The notes below the pieces were generated by a model, which did no database searches, was not told the DNA's origin, and saw only the letters and a list, made by a program, of their open reading frames with translations. Below, piece by piece: positions 52,801 to 64,000 of a DNA stretch of 64,000 nucleotides; position 1 is the first letter of the stretch; every line of letters begins with the position of its first letter. Origin of the DNA: an uncultured Clostridia bacterium (lineage in GTDB: Bacteria > Bacillota > Clostridia > TANB77 > CAG-508); NCBI GenBank assembly GCA_944391855.1, contig CALXVB010000003.1, forward strand, positions 1 through 64,000. Reading direction: 5' to 3'. A program made the translations under genes and the position numbers.

Positions 52801-52819
52801 TTACAAATTATTATATGTC

Positions 52820-54769
<1,950 letters not shown>

Positions 54770-55018
54770 CTATCTGCTAGCTCTTTTAGCAATAGTACTC
54801 GAAGAAATATTAGTAATATACCCTAAAATCTTATCATTTTTTTCTAAAATTATCAAAGATTTTTTATTTTCTTCTGATACATCTATTATATTACCACTAA
54901 TTTTTAAATTTTGTAATACTTCTTCTAATTTTTTCTTTTTTTCTAATGATTCTATATCTAAAATTGATATAATATTTTCTGAATTTATGACTACATCTTT
55001 CCCTATATGAACATACAT
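54770..55018 (-). CDS. DUF370 protein (RemB/YaaB-like) between recF and gyrB
   Basis: 82 aa. Its position and size match Bacillus yaaB. Confidence 0.55.
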   Translation of the reverse strand: MYVHIGKDVVINSENIISILDIESLEKKKKLEEVLQNLKISGNIIDVSEENKKSLIILEKNDKILGYITNISSSTIAKRASR

Positions 55019-56082
55019 TATACAACTTCTCCTTTTTTTATATTATATAAATTATATTCTAAATTAGGCAAATCTATTTTTTCAGTTCCTGTTAAAATAA
55101 CTTGAGTATCTTTTATATTATTTAAAAAATTCTTTCTTCTCTCTTCATCTAATTCAGACATAAAATCATCTAATAATAATATTGGATATTCTCCTATTTC
55201 TTCATAGACGACATTAAGTTCTGAAAGTTTTAAAGATAAAATTACTGTTCTATTTTGCCCTTGTGAACCATAAATATTTACTTCTTTACCATTAATATAT
55301 ATCATAAAATCATCTCTATGTACACCCTTTGTAGTAAAACCTTTTATTATATCTAATTTTCTTCTTTCTTTTAATAATTTTAAATAACTTTCTTTGTCTT
55401 CACAATTTGATATATAATCAATTTTTAATTCTTCTTTATTTTCAGTAATTTCTCCATGAATTTTATTAATTTTCTTTGAGATTTTTTCTATAAATTCATT
55501 TCTATAATTAAATATTTTTTCTCCATAATCCGCTAATTTTTCATCCCAGATTTCTAACATTTCTTCTGGTTTATTTTCTTCTTTTATTTGTCTTAAATAA
55601 TTATTTCTTTGTTCAATAGTTTTTAAATACATATTTAAGTTGTATACATAGTTTGGTCTTAGTTGTCCTATCATCATATCTAAAAATCTTCTTCTATTTG
55701 CGGGACCATCTTTTAATATATTTATATCGTCTGGAGTAAATATAACAATATTTATATTTCCCAAAAGTTCACTAAGTTTTTTAATCTTTATACCATTTAA
55801 ATATATTTGCTTTCTATCCCCTATTTCTATCTTAATTTTTCCGTCTCTATCTTTTTTTTGATAATATATTTCAACTATTGAATTACTTTCATTAAATTTT
55901 ATCATTTCTTTTTCTTTAGACGTTCTAAAAGATTTTCCGAAACTACATAAAAATATGGATTCCAAGATATTAGTTTTTCCTTGTGCATTATTTCCATATA
56001 TAATGTTTATATTTTTATTTAAATTTAAATCTAATTGTTCATAATTTCTAAAATTTTGAAGTTTAATTTTCTCTATGTACAT
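55018..56082 (-). CDS. recF: DNA replication and repair protein RecF
   Basis: The likely start is MYIEKIKLQNFRNY at 56082. The ORF track extends it to 56157. Walker A GNNAQGKTNILE. Confidence 0.9.
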   Translation of the reverse strand: MYIEKIKLQNFRNYEQLDLNLNKNINIIYGNNAQGKTNILESIFLCSFGKSFRTSKEKEMIKFNESNSIVEIYYQKKDRDGKIKIEIGDRKQIYLNGIKIKKLSELLGNINIVIFTPDDINILKDGPANRRRFLDMMIGQLRPNYVYNLNMYLKTIEQRNNYLRQIKEENKPEEMLEIWDEKLADYGEKIFNYRNEFIEKISKKINKIHGEITENKEELKIDYISNCEDKESYLKLLKERRKLDIIKGFTTKGVHRDDFMIYINGKEVNIYGSQGQNRTVILSLKLSELNVVYEEIGEYPILLLDDFMSELDEERRKNFLNNIKDTQVILTGTEKIDLPNLEYNLYNIKKGEVV

Positions 56083-56462
56083 TAGGATTCCTTTTCTTTC
56101 TTTTTTATCATTGCATTTATTATTATTTCTGTAATTAATAAAAATACAATAACACATGTAATAATACTTATTATAATATTTGTATAATTTAAAACACTTT
56201 GTGCAATCATATCAGGTTTTCCAAAATTTAAACTCCAAGGAATAATACAAGCCATAATTATTATAGATATTAAAATTAAAATATAAAAAAATATAAAGAT
56301 TCTTTTTTCCTTAATACTTTTAGATTTTTTCTTTATATAATACAATCTTAATAGAAAAACAGACACGATTACAATACAAATAATTAATAATATTAAATTA
56401 TATCTTGGTACATAATATTTCATAACACTTGGAGTTAAATTAAATTCCATATTTATTAACAC
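56082..56462 (-). CDS. Small polytopic membrane protein between dnaN and recF, in the position where Bacillus has yaaA
   Basis: 126 aa with 3-4 TM helices. Its stop overlaps the recF start (TAATG). Confidence 0.35.
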   Translation of the reverse strand: MLINMEFNLTPSVMKYYVPRYNLILLIICIVIVSVFLLRLYYIKKKSKSIKEKRIFIFFYILILISIIIMACIIPWSLNFGKPDMIAQSVLNYTNIIISIITCVIVFLLITEIIINAMIKKKEKES

Positions 56463-56496
56463 TTCCTTTTGTTTTTACCACAAGTTATTAACATTT

Positions 56497-56760
56497 TTGT
56501 GGATAACTTGTTGGTATTTTCATCATTATTTTTAATAATTCATTCTACGTTGGAAAAAGAATTGATTTTTGGCTAGGCGTACTTTATTAAAAATTTATGA
56601 GTCGTACTTTGTGTACGCCCACTTAAATTTTTAATGAAGTGCAAACATTTATTATTCCAACACTTTTTTAATTTTAAAATAATTGATGGTTTGACTAGGC
56701 AAACGAGCAAGAAAACCGGAAGCGTACTTGGTGTACGCTGAGGATTTTCGCATGCGAAGT
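56497..56760. promoter_or_regulatory. DnaA box (TGTGGATAA, 56499-56507) plus two GC-rich hairpin elements
   Basis: The hairpins are GCGTAC-N5-GTACGC, at 56608-56626 and 56720-56738. Each is preceded by T(G/A)GCTAGGC (56569, 56691). The elements are GC-rich within an AT-rich spacer. Confidence 0.45.
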
Positions 56761-56796
56761 TTAACAACGTCAAAGCGCAATTATTTTAAAAGGATT

Positions 56797-57915
56797 CTAT
56801 TCTTTCATTCTAATTGGAAGAACCATATAAATATAATCTCCACCCTCTTCTACAGGTCTTATTATACATGGTGATATGCTTGTACCAAAATCAATAAATA
56901 CTTCTTGATCATCTATATTTCTTAATGCATCTAGAAAATATTTAGGATTAAATCCTGCTTCTAAATTTTTTCCTTCTGTTGTAACATACATTTCTTCTTT
57001 TGCATCACCTGTTTGATTTGTACAAGAAATTGTTACTTTTCCTATATCTACATTTACTTTTACAGGATATTTTTTCTCTTTTTCTATACTAGATGATGAA
57101 ATAAGGCTAATTCTTTCAAAACAATTTTGTATTGTATTTTTGTCCACGCGTATTCTTGTTTCCCAATTTTCTGGAATTACACTTGAATAATTCAAAAATT
57201 CTCCATCTAATAATCTAGTAACTATTTTACAATTTTCCATTTCAAATAATGCTTGATTTTTAGCAACTCCTATTTTTATAGGTTCATAAGAATCTATCAT
57301 TATCTTATTTATTTCATTTAAAGTTCTTCCAGGAATTACTGCTGAAAAATCATTTATCTTATTTTGTAAGAATTTACTTTTCCAAGCTAATCTAAAACCA
57401 TCCACTGCAACTACATTTAATTTATTATTTTTTATTTCAAATAAACAACCTGTAAATATTGGTCTATTTTCTTCAGTACTTACTGCAAATATTGTTTTTC
57501 TAATCATATCTTTTAATGAATTTTGTTCCATTTCGATAGAATTTTCTATATTTATTTGTGGAAGTTCTGGAAATTCGTCTGGATTCATTGTTGCAAGTTT
57601 ATATAAAGAACCTTCACATTCTATAACTAATAAATTTTTTTCATCTAAAGTAATTTTTATTTCAGAATCTGGTAATCTTCTAATAATTTCACTAAACATT
57701 ATTGCATTAACTACTGTTGCACCTTGCTCTTTTACTTCACATTTAATTATATATTCTATACCAATTTCTAAATCATATGTTGTAAATTTAACTTCATTAT
57801 CATTTGTTTGAATTAATATTCCTTCCAGTATAGGCATTGTTGTTTTTGTAGCTACCGCTTTTGTTACGGAATTAAGTGCTTTAAGGATATTATCCTTTTC
57901 ACAAATAAGTTTCAT
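56797..57915 (-). CDS. dnaN: DNA polymerase III beta sliding clamp
   Basis: 372 aa. Canonical DnaN N-terminus MKLICEKDNILKALNSV. Confidence 0.95.
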   Translation of the reverse strand: MKLICEKDNILKALNSVTKAVATKTTMPILEGILIQTNDNEVKFTTYDLEIGIEYIIKCEVKEQGATVVNAIMFSEIIRRLPDSEIKITLDEKNLLVIECEGSLYKLATMNPDEFPELPQINIENSIEMEQNSLKDMIRKTIFAVSTEENRPIFTGCLFEIKNNKLNVVAVDGFRLAWKSKFLQNKINDFSAVIPGRTLNEINKIMIDSYEPIKIGVAKNQALFEMENCKIVTRLLDGEFLNYSSVIPENWETRIRVDKNTIQNCFERISLISSSSIEKEKKYPVKVNVDIGKVTISCTNQTGDAKEEMYVTTEGKNLEAGFNPKYFLDALRNIDDQEVFIDFGTSISPCIIRPVEEGGDYIYMVLPIRMKE

Positions 57916-57919
57916 TTTG

Positions 57920-58242
57920 CTCTCTCTCCTTTATAATATAATATAATATTTTTAGTAGTAGTAGTAGTAGGTTATGTGGATAATGTGGAAAACTATGTGG
58001 AAACCTTATCTCCCTAATGAATTTTATGTTGATAATTTAGTGGATAATTAAAAAAGTTATCTACAAAAATTTTTTTCTTATGTGTAAAACTAAAATATCA
58101 ACAGGTTATTAACATACTTTTCACATTATTATGTGGATAGTCTTTCTGGCTGTTCCGTAAGTAAAGATTGATTGTTTTTATATCAAACATTTATTTTTCA
58201 AACGTATTTTTTATAAATTGCATTTAAGTCTTCTATTTGCAA
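57920..58242. promoter_or_regulatory. oriC dnaA-dnaN box cluster with (TAG)5 microsatellite
   Basis: TGTGGATAA 57975-57983, TGTGGAAAA 57984-57992, TGTGGAAAC 57996-58004, GTGGATAAT 58040-58049, GTTATCTACA 58056-58065, TGTGGATAG 58132-58140. (TAG)5 at about 57952-57968. Confidence 0.7.
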
Positions 58243-59583
58243 TTATTTGTCATTAAGCAATATGTTTTTCACACTTTCCACAATTCTTTTTGTACTTACA
58301 TTATTTTGTATTTCTTTTTCTATTTTTGTGCATGCGTGTATTACAGTTGTGTGATCTCTTTTACCAAATCCATCCCCTATCTTAGTTAAAGGTAATTGTG
58401 CAACATTTCTACATAAATACATTGCTATTTGCCTTGGAAAAGTTACGTCATTTGATCTTTTCACACCTTTTAATTCCTCTACTGTCACATTAAAATATTT
58501 TGACACTGTTTCTTGTATTAACTCTAATGATAATACTTTATCCTTTTTAGTAATAACATCATTAATTGATTTTTCTGCCATTTCCATAGTGATTGGAGTA
58601 TTAGTTAATGATGCATTAGCAATTAGTTTATTTAGAATTCCTTCTAGTTCTCTTATGTTTGAATCTATTTTTGTTGCTATATCACTTAGAATTTCGTCAT
58701 CAATTATTATATTATCTAATTGAGCCTTTTTTCTAAGTATTGCTAAACGAGTTTCATAATCTGGATTTGAAATATCTGCAATTAATCCCCATTCAAATCT
58801 AGATTTTAATCTATCTTCTATTAAATTTATATCTTTTGGAGGTTTATCACTTGAAATTATTATTTGTTTTCTATTCTCATGTAATGTGTTGAAAGTGTGG
58901 AAAAACTCCTCTTGAATTCTTTCTTTTCCTGCTATAAATTGAATATCATCTATTAAAAGTACGTCTATATTTCTATATTTATTTCTAAACATTTCACCTT
59001 TACCATCTTTTATAGCGTTAATTAACTGATTGGTAAAAGTCTCAGAAGTAACATATAGAATTTTTGCACTTCTGTTATTTAATAATATTTCATTTGCTAT
59101 AGCTTGCATTAAATGTGTTTTTCCAAGTCCAACACCACCATAAATAAAAAGTGGATTATAAGCTGTCGCTGGTGCTTCTGCTACTGCTAAAGCTGCCGCG
59201 TGTGCAAATCTATTATTGTTTCCAACAACAAAGCTTTCAAAAGTATATTTTGGATTTAATGTAGAATTTGGATAATTATTAACTGTATTTGATAATTGTT
59301 TAGCGACCTGCAATTCTTCTTCTGAAACATCATCTTTTAAAATTACAGTAATTTCACAATTTCTATTAGTTATATAATTAAATGTGTTTTTAAATAAATC
59401 ATGATATCTTGAAAGTATTGATTCTTTTTGAAATGCGTTATTTGCTATTAAAACTATGTTATTGTTTTCAGCGCTTTCAATATCTAAATCTCTTATCCAA
59501 GTCTCATAGGCAATCTTTGTAACTTCGTTCTTTAAAAGTTCTTTTGCTTTTGTTAAAAGTTCATTTAATTCTTCTCTTTGCAT
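58243..59583 (-). CDS. dnaA: Chromosomal replication initiator DnaA
   Basis: 446 aa. AAA+ GGVGLGKTHL. C-terminal DnaA-box binding domain. Confidence 0.95.
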   Translation of the reverse strand: MQREELNELLTKAKELLKNEVTKIAYETWIRDLDIESAENNNIVLIANNAFQKESILSRYHDLFKNTFNYITNRNCEITVILKDDVSEEELQVAKQLSNTVNNYPNSTLNPKYTFESFVVGNNNRFAHAAALAVAEAPATAYNPLFIYGGVGLGKTHLMQAIANEILLNNRSAKILYVTSETFTNQLINAIKDGKGEMFRNKYRNIDVLLIDDIQFIAGKERIQEEFFHTFNTLHENRKQIIISSDKPPKDINLIEDRLKSRFEWGLIADISNPDYETRLAILRKKAQLDNIIIDDEILSDIATKIDSNIRELEGILNKLIANASLTNTPITMEMAEKSINDVITKKDKVLSLELIQETVSKYFNVTVEELKGVKRSNDVTFPRQIAMYLCRNVAQLPLTKIGDGFGKRDHTTVIHACTKIEKEIQNNVSTKRIVESVKNILLNDK

Positions 59584-59833
59584 TGCTTTTCAGTCCTTCC
59601 AAAATATTATGAGTAAATTTATATATAAAGTGTATAAAAAAGTTATACACATAATTATCCACAATATTGTTATATAATATCAAATAATTTATAAAATAGT
59701 CAATATAAAAAAATATTTATTTAAAAAATGTGGATTTTATATTGACTTGACGGGAATTTTAGGATATAATAATAAAGCTTATTATTAGTAAAAATCCGGA
59801 GACGGTTATATATATTCAAGTAGGAGGTGCAAA
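59584..59833. promoter_or_regulatory. oriC upstream box cluster plus rpmH sigma-A promoter
   Basis: TTATCCACA 59655-59663. TGTGGATTT 59729-59737. Inverted repeat GTGTATAAaaaagTTATACAC. Promoter -35 TTGACT at 59744-59749, 17-nt spacer, -10 TATAAT at 59767-59772. Confidence 0.65.
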
Positions 59834-59968
59834 ATGAAAAGAACATATCAACCAAAAAAAAGACAAGAACAAAAAGAACATGGATTCATGAAAAGAATGA
59901 AAACTAAATCAGGAAGAAATGTATTAAAAGCTAGACGTGCAAAAGGAAGAAAAAAACTAAGTGCATAA
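59834..59968 (+). CDS. rpmH: 50S ribosomal protein L34
   Basis: [44 protein letters not shown]. 44 aa, too short for the ORF track. Confidence 0.9.
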   Translation: MKRTYQPKKRQEQKEHGFMKRMKTKSGRNVLKARRAKGRKKLSA

Positions 59969-60008
59969 AATATTAGGTCACTTAAAAGTGATCTTTTTTG
60001 AAATATGA

Positions 60009-60359
60009 GTGATTTTAATGAGAAAAATAAGAACTTTAAAAAAGAATTATGAATTTAAAAATGTATTATCAAGAGGAAGATTTTATTTAGGAAAGCAAAT
60101 ACATATATATGTTTTAAAAAATAATAAAAATATTAATGTAATTGGTATAGCCGTAAGCATTAAAGAATGTGGTGCTGTCAAAAGAAATAGAATAAAAAGG
60201 TTAATTAGAGAAAATTATAGATTAATAAAAAATGAATTAAAACAAGGATATGATATTGTTTTTTTATGGAATAAAAAAGAAAGGGCAGATGAAGCTAATT
60301 ACTATATTATAAAAAATGATATGATAAATTCACTAAAAAAATCTAAATTATTAGATTAA
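60009..60359 (+). CDS. rnpA: RNase P protein component; the start may be the ATG at 60018
   Basis: 116 aa. NRIKRLIRE motif. Position after rpmH. Confidence 0.85.
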   Translation: MILMRKIRTLKKNYEFKNVLSRGRFYLGKQIHIYVLKNNKNINVIGIAVSIKECGAVKRNRIKRLIRENYRLIKNELKQGYDIVFLWNKKERADEANYYIIKNDMINSLKKSKLLD

Positions 60360-60379
60360 GCTTCATTATATAAGATATT

Positions 60380-60598
60380 ATGAAAAAAATATTACTTTTC
60401 TTATTAAAATTATATAAAAAATTTATTTCACCAATTTTTAAAGAAATTGGTATAGAATGTAAATATTATCCTACTTGTTCTGAGTATATGAAGCAAGCTA
60501 TTGAAAAATATGGTGCTTTAAAAGGAACTTTTTTAGGAATAAAAAGGATTTTTAGATGTAATCCATTTTCAAAAGGTGGATATGATCCATTAAGATAA
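60380..60598 (+). CDS. yidD: Membrane protein insertion efficiency factor YidD
   Basis: 72 aa. CKYYPTCSEY motif. Confidence 0.8.
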   Translation: MKKILLFLLKLYKKFISPIFKEIGIECKYYPTCSEYMKQAIEKYGALKGTFLGIKRIFRCNPFSKGGYDPLR

Positions 60599-60610
60599 TT
60601 TGGAGGAAAT

Positions 60611-61471
60611 ATGGGCGCAATTTCAAGTTTATTTGGATATTTATTAAATGCTTTATATACAGTATTTAATAATTATGGTATTGCTATAATTGTATTTTCA
60701 ATAATATTAAGAATTATATTAATACCAATTACCATAAAACAGCAAAAATCATTAAAAAAATCAGCAAAACTTCAAGAGGAAATGAAAGAAATACAAAGAA
60801 AATATAAGAATAATCCAGAAAAGCTTAATCAAGAGACTATTGACTTATATAAGAGAGAAAAATTAAGTCCCTTTGCGGGTTGCTTTAGTTCTATAATACA
60901 GATTGTAATAATTCTTTCAGTATTTTGGCTTGTAAGTCAACCTTTAACATATATGAAAAAGATAGATACTAATGTAATTAATGATTATAAAACTCAACTA
61001 CAAGAGAGTGGAGAACAATCAACATATACAGAAATAGCAATAATTAATAAATTTGGTCCACAAGATGCAAGAGTAAATTTAAATATGGATTTTCTTGGAT
61101 TAGATTTAAGTAAAGTACCAAGTAGTAATTTAAATGATTGGACAGTATATATTATTCCACTTTTATATGTAATTTCATCTGTATTATCTATTAAAATAAA
61201 TAATAACATGACTAAAAAGAAGAAAGATGAAAGAAAAGCTATTACTGACGGTACAAACCAAGAAGTTCAAAACGAACCAAATGAAATGGAAGCAATGGAG
61301 GCAATGAATAAAAACATGATGTATATGTTACCATTGATGTCTGTATTTATTGCATTTATAGCGCCTTTAGGATTAGCATTATATTGGTTTATAAGTAATA
61401 TTTTAGTTATTATAGAAAAATTAATTATAGATGCTTTTATGAAACGCAAGGAGGAAAATCAAAATGCCTAA
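60611..61471 (+). CDS. yidC: YidC/SpoIIIJ/OxaA membrane insertase
   Basis: 286 aa with multiple TM helices. Position in the conserved rnpA-yidC-jag operon. Confidence 0.85.
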   Translation: MGAISSLFGYLLNALYTVFNNYGIAIIVFSIILRIILIPITIKQQKSLKKSAKLQEEMKEIQRKYKNNPEKLNQETIDLYKREKLSPFAGCFSSIIQIVIILSVFWLVSQPLTYMKKIDTNVINDYKTQLQESGEQSTYTEIAIINKFGPQDARVNLNMDFLGLDLSKVPSSNLNDWTVYIIPLLYVISSVLSIKINNNMTKKKKDERKAITDGTNQEVQNEPNEMEAMEAMNKNMMYMLPLMSVFIAFIAPLGLALYWFISNILVIIEKLIIDAFMKRKEENQNA

Positions 61472-62162
61472 ATCTATTATAGCAGAGGGAAAAACAACAA
61501 CAGAAGCAATTTCTAATGGTTTAAAAATGTTGAATACTTCAAAAGATAATGTTAATATAAGAATATTAGAAGAACATGATAAAAGAAGCTTCTTTAGTAT
61601 ATTAGCACCAAGAGTAGTGAAAATAGAAATGTCTCTAAAAGAAAATAGAGAAAATGAAGAAGAAAACAGAAAACATATAGAAAAAGAAGTTAAAATAAAT
61701 GAGAATGAATTAAATTTATCAAAAGAAAAAATAGATAAATTTTTAGATGAGTTTGTTAAAGAATTTGATGACTTAAGTTATGATACTAATGTAGATTTAG
61801 AAAATGGATTTTTAAAAGTTAACATAGATGGAAATGATTCAAAAATGTTAATAGGATATAGGGGAGAAGTACTAAATGCTCTTCAAGTAATATTAAATTC
61901 TGTTTCAAATAGAGCATCAAAGGAAAAAACTAGAATTATATTAAATATCAGTAATTATAGAGAAAAAAGAGAAAAATCATTAGAAGAGTTAGCAGATAAA
62001 ATCTCAAAAACAGTTATTAGAACAGGAAAATCAATTACACTAGAGCCAATGATGGCTTATGAAAGAAAGATAATACATAATAGATTACAATCTAGTAATA
62101 AAGTAAAAACTTATAGTATAGGGGAAGAACCATACAGAAAAGTTGTAATTTCAAAAAAATAA
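61464..62162 (+). CDS. khpB: Jag/KhpB RNA-binding protein (KH plus R3H)
   Basis: 232 aa. Canonical position after yidC. C-terminal R3H-like region. Confidence 0.75.
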   Translation: MPKSIIAEGKTTTEAISNGLKMLNTSKDNVNIRILEEHDKRSFFSILAPRVVKIEMSLKENRENEEENRKHIEKEVKINENELNLSKEKIDKFLDEFVKEFDDLSYDTNVDLENGFLKVNIDGNDSKMLIGYRGEVLNALQVILNSVSNRASKEKTRIILNISNYREKREKSLEELADKISKTVIRTGKSITLEPMMAYERKIIHNRLQSSNKVKTYSIGEEPYRKVVISKK

Positions 62163-62309
62163 TATAAAATCCGAAGTCAAAGTGAAGATTTTAGTTACAT
62201 ATAGATAATTTAAATTTTATTTATATATACTATAAATTTACTTTGACTTTTATTTGTATAAAAATATTAAGTATCATTAAATTAAATTTATAAATTGAAA
62301 GGAGAAAAA

Positions 62310-63692
62310 ATGAATAATACCATAGCAGCAATATCTACAGCTTCAGGCACGGGAGGAATTGGAATTATACGTATGAGCGGCGATAAGTGTTTTGAAGTAT
62401 TGAAGAAAATATTTGTACCTAAAAATAAAAATGTAGATATAGATAAAGTAGAAGGATATACCATAAAATATGGATATATAATAGACTCAAACACAAAAGA
62501 AAAAATAGATGAAGTATTAGTATCTTTTTTTAGATCACCTAAAAGTTATACAACGGAGAATATGTGTGAAATAAATTCTCATGGTGGAATTATTATAGAG
62601 AAGAAAATATTAGAACAATGTTTAAATAATGGTGCGGATTTAGCTGAGCCAGGAGAATTTACTAAAAGAGCGTTTCTAAATGGAAGAATTGACTTATCTC
62701 AAGCTGAATCAGTTATAGATATCATAAATGCTAAAACAGATAAAGAGGCAGAAGCTTCATTTGAACAATTACAAGGAAATCTATCAAGAGAAATAGAGAA
62801 AATAAGAGGTAATTTATTAGATATTATGTCAGATATAGAGGCTTCTATTGATTATCCAGAATATGATATTGAAGAAACTACAGAAGAAAAAGCTATAAAT
62901 TTTTTTAAAAAAGAAAAAGAAAGGCTAGAATCATTAGAAAAAAGTTTTGAAAGTGGAAGATTATTAAAAGAAGGTATAAAAACCATTATAATAGGAAAGC
63001 CAAACGCAGGAAAATCTTCTTTATTAAATGTAATATTACGAGAGGAAAGAGCAATCGTAAGTGATTATGCAGGAACAACAAGAGATACCATAGAAGAATT
63101 TATTAATATAAATGGAATACCATTAAAGCTAGTAGATACAGCAGGAATAAGAGATACAGAAGATTTTGTAGAGAAAATAGGAGTAGAAAAGGCAATAAAA
63201 CTTGCACAAGATTCAGATTTAATAATCGCAATTTTTGATAGTTCTAAAAAATTAGAAGAAGAAGATTTTAAAGTGCTTGAATTAATAAAAAACAGAAAAA
63301 GTATAATATTATTAAATAAATGCGATTTAAGCCAAAAAAACAACGAAACAATAAATTATATATCTAGTTTAAATAAAACGGTTATAAAGGCTTCTATGAA
63401 GACAGAAGAGGGGATTAAAGAATTATATGACGAAATTTCAAATTTATTTAACAAAAAAGAAATAGAAGTAAATGATGGAATTATAATTACAAATATTAGA
63501 CATAAAAATTTGATACATAAAGCAGTAGATAACACTACAAAAGCAATAGAAAGCATACAGGATAAAATGCCAATAGATATTACAGCAGTATGTATTAAAG
63601 AAATATTAGAAAACTTAGGAGAGATTACCGGAAACAATGTTTCAGAAGATATAATAAATAAAATTTTTTCAAAGTTTTGTTTAGGAAAATAA
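62310..63692 (+). CDS. mnmE: tRNA modification GTPase MnmE; ATG at 62310 preferred over the TTG at 62295
   Basis: G1 motif GKPNAGKSSLLN. C-terminal CLGK. A ribosome-binding site AAAGGAG lies 8 nt upstream of the ATG. Confidence 0.9.
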   Translation: MNNTIAAISTASGTGGIGIIRMSGDKCFEVLKKIFVPKNKNVDIDKVEGYTIKYGYIIDSNTKEKIDEVLVSFFRSPKSYTTENMCEINSHGGIIIEKKILEQCLNNGADLAEPGEFTKRAFLNGRIDLSQAESVIDIINAKTDKEAEASFEQLQGNLSREIEKIRGNLLDIMSDIEASIDYPEYDIEETTEEKAINFFKKEKERLESLEKSFESGRLLKEGIKTIIIGKPNAGKSSLLNVILREERAIVSDYAGTTRDTIEEFININGIPLKLVDTAGIRDTEDFVEKIGVEKAIKLAQDSDLIIAIFDSSKKLEEEDFKVLELIKNRKSIILLNKCDLSQKNNETINYISSLNKTVIKASMKTEEGIKELYDEISNLFNKKEIEVNDGIIITNIRHKNLIHKAVDNTTKAIESIQDKMPIDITAVCIKEILENLGEITGNNVSEDIINKIFSKFCLGK

Positions 63693-63971
63693 AGGAAAAA
63701 CGTCTTTTTGACAAAACAGGAAGTATATTACGAGAAAAAACGACACAAGTACACCTTTACCAATCAGTAAAATCAACACTTGCAGAAAAAATGACAAATT
63801 TCGACAAAATCATTCGACTGTCAATAAGACAATAAAACAAACAAATAAATAAAACACTGATTATATAAAGAAAAAATAAAAATAATAAAAATGAAAAAGT
63901 AAATAATATTGTTTGTTAAGAATATGTCAAGTTTCATATTATTAAAATTTGGAAAGAAAAGGAGTAAAAAA

Positions 63972-64000
63972 ATGGAATATAACGCTGGAAAGTATGATAT
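63972..64000 (+). CDS. mnmG: Start of MnmG/GidA (partial, runs off the window)
   Basis: MEYNAGKYD... follows a GGAG ribosome-binding site. Position after mnmE. Confidence 0.45.

Noticed and set aside
52400-52819. AT-rich repetitive spacer (recurring TTTTGAAAAAAT / ATTAAT motifs) as a possible CRISPR-like array
   Set aside because: There are no regularly spaced identical repeats with unique spacers. It is simple low-complexity AT sequence containing the gyrB terminator.
56573-56773. 66-aa ORF between dnaN and the membrane-protein gene
   Set aside because: It overlaps the paired GC-rich hairpin elements, shows no S4/YaaA-like motif and has no ribosome-binding site. It is likely noncoding.

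Overview
This is a low-GC Firmicutes (Clostridia-like) chromosomal window that includes the replication origin. The origin neighbourhood runs dnaA (58243-59583, -), dnaN, recF, a remB-like DUF370 gene, gyrB and gyrA, all on the minus strand. Diverging from it on the plus strand are rpmH, rnpA, yidD, yidC, jag/khpB, mnmE and the start of mnmG. DnaA-box clusters lie on both sides of dnaA, and a third box plus paired GC-rich hairpins lies between dnaN and recF.

The sequence supports these other main features:
- The right-hand part of an integrative element at 1-4260: a tyrosine integrase N-terminus running off the window, a phage replisome-organizer domain protein, an Xis-like HTH protein, an XRE regulator with four ATCCA-N5-TGGAT operator repeats, and a frameshifted AlbA_2/HATPase_c_4 gene.
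- Housekeeping genes: an FAD oxidoreductase-Rieske fusion, folC, htrA, tex, an ABC-F ATPase and corA.
- A 2481-aa two-module NRPS with domain order C-A-T-C-A-T-R. It diverges from a long-chain acyl-CoA ligase gene and is followed 25 bp downstream by a 7TM histidine kinase and a REC-HD-GYP response regulator.
- An accessory stretch at 28975-38077 bounded by tRNA genes.
- A minus-strand tRNA cluster. Its tRNA-Thr(UGU) is split by a 237-nt group I intron at anticodon-loop position 36/37.
- A type IV secretion-like gene set: coupling protein, VirB2-like pilin, VirB6-like and PrgI/VirB3-like proteins, directly upstream of dnaD-like and dnaI.
- An extremely AT-rich 5.3-kb insertion between gyrB and gyrA, carrying the VirB4-like ATPase and a REC-like/P-loop NTPase.

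The most unusual observations are the origin-proximal split T4SS-like system, the hyper-AT gyrB-gyrA insertion, the intron-containing tRNA-Thr, and the coupling of the NRPS to an HD-GYP two-component system.
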